64,000 nucleotides of DNA. It comes from Eutreptiella sp. 'Long Island Sound 2002'. Taxonomy: Eukaryota > Protista > Euglenida. Shown one piece after another: positions 61,501 to 64,000 of the stretch; the first letter of the stretch is position 1; each line of letters starts with the position of its first letter. Under the pieces are notes generated by a model. The model had not been told where the DNA came from. It saw only the letters and a program-made list of their open reading frames with translations, and ran no database searches. Made by a program: the position numbers and the translations under genes. Location: positions 48,112,001 to 48,176,000 of the forward strand of contig OZ038379.1 in the NCBI GenBank assembly GCA_964036045.1, given 5' to 3'.

Positions 61501-64000
61501 GGGAAAATCTGAAACAGTGGGCCCCTGTAGGGGGGCGGATAGTCGAGCTCAGTTTGGAGCCTTCTAATGCTGTGATGGTGTGGTAAAATTCCACAAAACA
61601 AGGTTCTGAGGAAACCTGGTAGTTGGGGCTTTACATAGAGCCCCTACTTGGGAAAATCTGAAACAGTGGGCCCCTGTAGGGGGGCGGATAGTCGCGCTCA
61701 CTTTGGAGCCTTGCAATTCTGTGATGGTGTCATAAAATTTCACAAAACAAAGTTCTGATGAAAGCTGGTGGTTGGGGCTTTACATAGAGCCCCTGGTTGG
61801 GAAAATCTGAAACAGTGGGCCCTTGTAGGGGGGGCGGATAGTCGAGCTCACTTTGGAGCCTTCTGATTTTGTGGCGGTGTGGTAAAATTCCACAAAACAA
61901 GGTTCTGATGAAAGCTGGTGGTTGGGGCTTTACATAGAACCCCTGGTTGGGAAAATCTGAAACAGTGGGCCCCTGCAGGGGGGGGGGGGGGGGGGCGGAT
62001 AGTCGAGCTCACTTTGGAGCCTTCTAATTCTGTGATGGCGTGGTAAAATTCCACAAACCAAGGTTCTGATGAAAGCTGGTGGTTGGGGCTTTGCATAGAG
62101 CCCCTAGTTGGGAAACTCTTAAACAGTGGGCCCATGTAGTGGGGCGGATAGTCGAGCTCACTTTGGAGCCTTCTAATTCTGTGATGGTGTGGTAAAATTC
62201 CACAAAACAAGGTTCTGATGAAAGCTGGTGGTTGGGGCTTCGCATAGAACCCCTGGTTGTGAAAATCTGAAACAAGGGGCCCCTGTAGGGGGGCGGATAG
62301 TCGAGCTCACTTTGGAGCCTTCTAATTCTGCGATGGTGTGGTAAAATTCCACAAAACAAGGATCTGATGAAAGCTAGTGGTTGGGGCTTTACATAGAGCC
62401 CCTGGCTGGGAAAATCTGAAACAGTGGGCCCCTGTAGGGGGGCGGATAGTCGAGCTCACTTTGGAGCCTTGCAATTCTGTGATGGTGTGGTAAAATTCCA
62501 CAAAACAAGGTTCTGATGAAAGCTAGTGGTTGGGGCTTTACATAAAGCCCCTGGCTCGGAAAATCTGAAACAGTGGGCCCCTGTAGGGGGGCGGATAGTC
62601 GAGCTCACTTCGGAGCCTTCTGATTCTGTGATGGTGTGGTAAAATTCGACAAAATAAGGTTGTGATGAAAGCTGGTGATTGGGGCTTCACATAGAGCCCC
62701 TAGTTTGGAAAATCTGAAACAGGGGGCCCCTGTAGGGGGGCGGATAGTCGAGCTCACTTTGGAGCCTTCTAATTCTGCGATGGTGTGGTAAAATTCCACA
62801 AAACAAGGTTCTGATGAAAGCTGGTGGTTGGGGCTTTACATAGAGCCCTTAGTTGGGAAAATCTGAAACAGTGGGCCCCTGTAGGGGGGCGGATAGTCGA
62901 CCTCACTTTGGAGCCTTCTAATTCTGTGATGGTGTGGTAAAATTCCACAAAACAAGGTTCTGATGAAAGCTGGTGCTTGGGGCTTTACATAGAGCACTTA
63001 GTTGGGAAAATCTGAAACAGTGGGCCCCTGTAGGGGGGCGGATAGTCGAGCTCACTTTGGAGCCTTCTAATTCTGTGATGGTGTGGAAAAATTCCACAAA
63101 ACAAGGTTCTGATGAAAGCTAGTGGTTGGGGCTTTACATAGAGCCCCTAGTTGTGAAAATCTGAAACAGTGGGCCCCTGTAGGGGGGCGGATAGTCGAGC
63201 TCGCTTTGGAGCCTTCTAATTCTGCGATGGTGTGGTAAAATTCCACAAAACAAGGTTCTGATGAAAGCTGGTGGTTGGGGCTTTACATAGAGCCCCTAGT
63301 TGGGAAAATCTGAAACAGTGGGCCCTTGTAGGGGGGCGGATAGTCGAGCTCACTTTGGAGCCTTCTAATTCTGTGATGGTGTGGTAAAATTCCACAAAAC
63401 AAGGTTCTGATGAAAGCTGGTGGTTGGGGCTTTACATAGAACCCCTAGTTGGGAAAATCTGAAACAGTGGGCCCCTGCAGGGGGGGGGGGGGGGCGGATA
63501 GTCGAGCTCACTTTGGAGCCTTGCAATTCTGTGATGGTGTGGTAAAATTCCACAAACCAGGGTTCTGATGAAAGCTGGTGGTTGGGGCTTTGCATAGAGC
63601 CCCTAGTTGGGAAACTCTTAAACAGTGGGCCCATGTAGTGGGGCGGATAGTCGAGCTCACTTTGGAGCCTTCTAATTCTGTGATGGTGTGGTAAAATTCC
63701 ACAAAACAAGGTTCTGATGAAAGCTGGTGCTTGGGGCTTTACATAGAGCACTTAGTTGGGAAAATCTGAAACAGTGGGCCCCTGTAGGGGGGCGGATAGT
63801 CGAGCTCACTTTGGAGCCTTCTAATTCTGTGATGGTGTGGAAAAATTCCACAAAACAAGGTTCTGATGAAAGCTAGTGGTTGGGGCTTCACATAGAACCC
63901 ATGGTTGTGAAAATCTGAAACAGGGGGCCCCTGTAGGGGGGCGGATAGTCGAGCTCACTTTGGAGCCTTCTAATTCTGCGATGGTGTGGTAAAATTCCAC
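58521..64000. repeat. 149-bp satellite, about 36.5 monomers, running off the window end
   Basis: Monomer GGTTCTGATGAAAGCTGGTGGTTGGGGCTTTACATAGAGCCCC...CCACAAAACAA counts to 149 nt. Offsets between repeated ORF calls (298, 1192, 745, 149) are multiples of 149. Confidence 0.98.

Noticed and set aside
57950-63751. Repetitive ORFs (PSPTLSQ repeats and the 64-aa MEFYH... ORFs)
   Set aside because: These are translations of the G-rich array and satellite monomers, with no evidence of coding function.
58521-64000. Hammerhead ribozyme in the satellite monomer (CTGATGA ... GAAAC-AG..CTGT-A)
   Set aside because: Core words and a stem III with a GUA triplet are in the right order, but stem II fails next to the core (A-U then A-C) and stem I would be only two G-U pairs. 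An Infernal search or cleavage assay would settle it.
1-64000. Fanzor/TnpB, rRNA, spliced-leader RNA or intact tRNA genes
   Set aside because: I saw no RuvC-plus-zinc-finger pattern or recognisable RNA gene by eye. Profile searches were not run, so weak cases could be missed.

Overview
This is repeat-dense eukaryotic DNA with no recognisable housekeeping gene, rRNA or intact tRNA. Short GT-AG introns, TTAGGG-type repeats and pyrimidine-tract/AG acceptors just before ORF starts fit a spliced-leader trans-splicing lineage such as a euglenid, which is inference only. Most of the window is nested, decayed mobile elements: LINE-like RT, RNase H and endonuclease fragments, Mutator-like remnants and tRNA-like SINE heads. 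It ends in a G-rich microsatellite and a 149-bp satellite array (58.5-64 kb). Two DNA transposons have both ends. The first (26531-33043) has perfect 26-bp TIRs, an ATC target duplication, an Academ/DUF6589-like DDE transposase and an unknown accessory gene. The second (51900-56756) has about 37-bp TIRs, a transposase with RAG1/Transib-like motif order and a downstream Tudor-like domain. The most striking pattern is that each element carries its own short signature motif, repeated at the ends, between genes and in every intron I could define. The motif is a 20-bp palindrome at about 70-bp spacing in the first element and fold-back GTTCATAA/TTATGAAC clusters in the second. This resembles the sequence-specific anti-silencing architecture of Arabidopsis VANDAL/VANC elements, here in unrelated superfamilies. 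All family assignments come from motif reading by eye; no searches were run.
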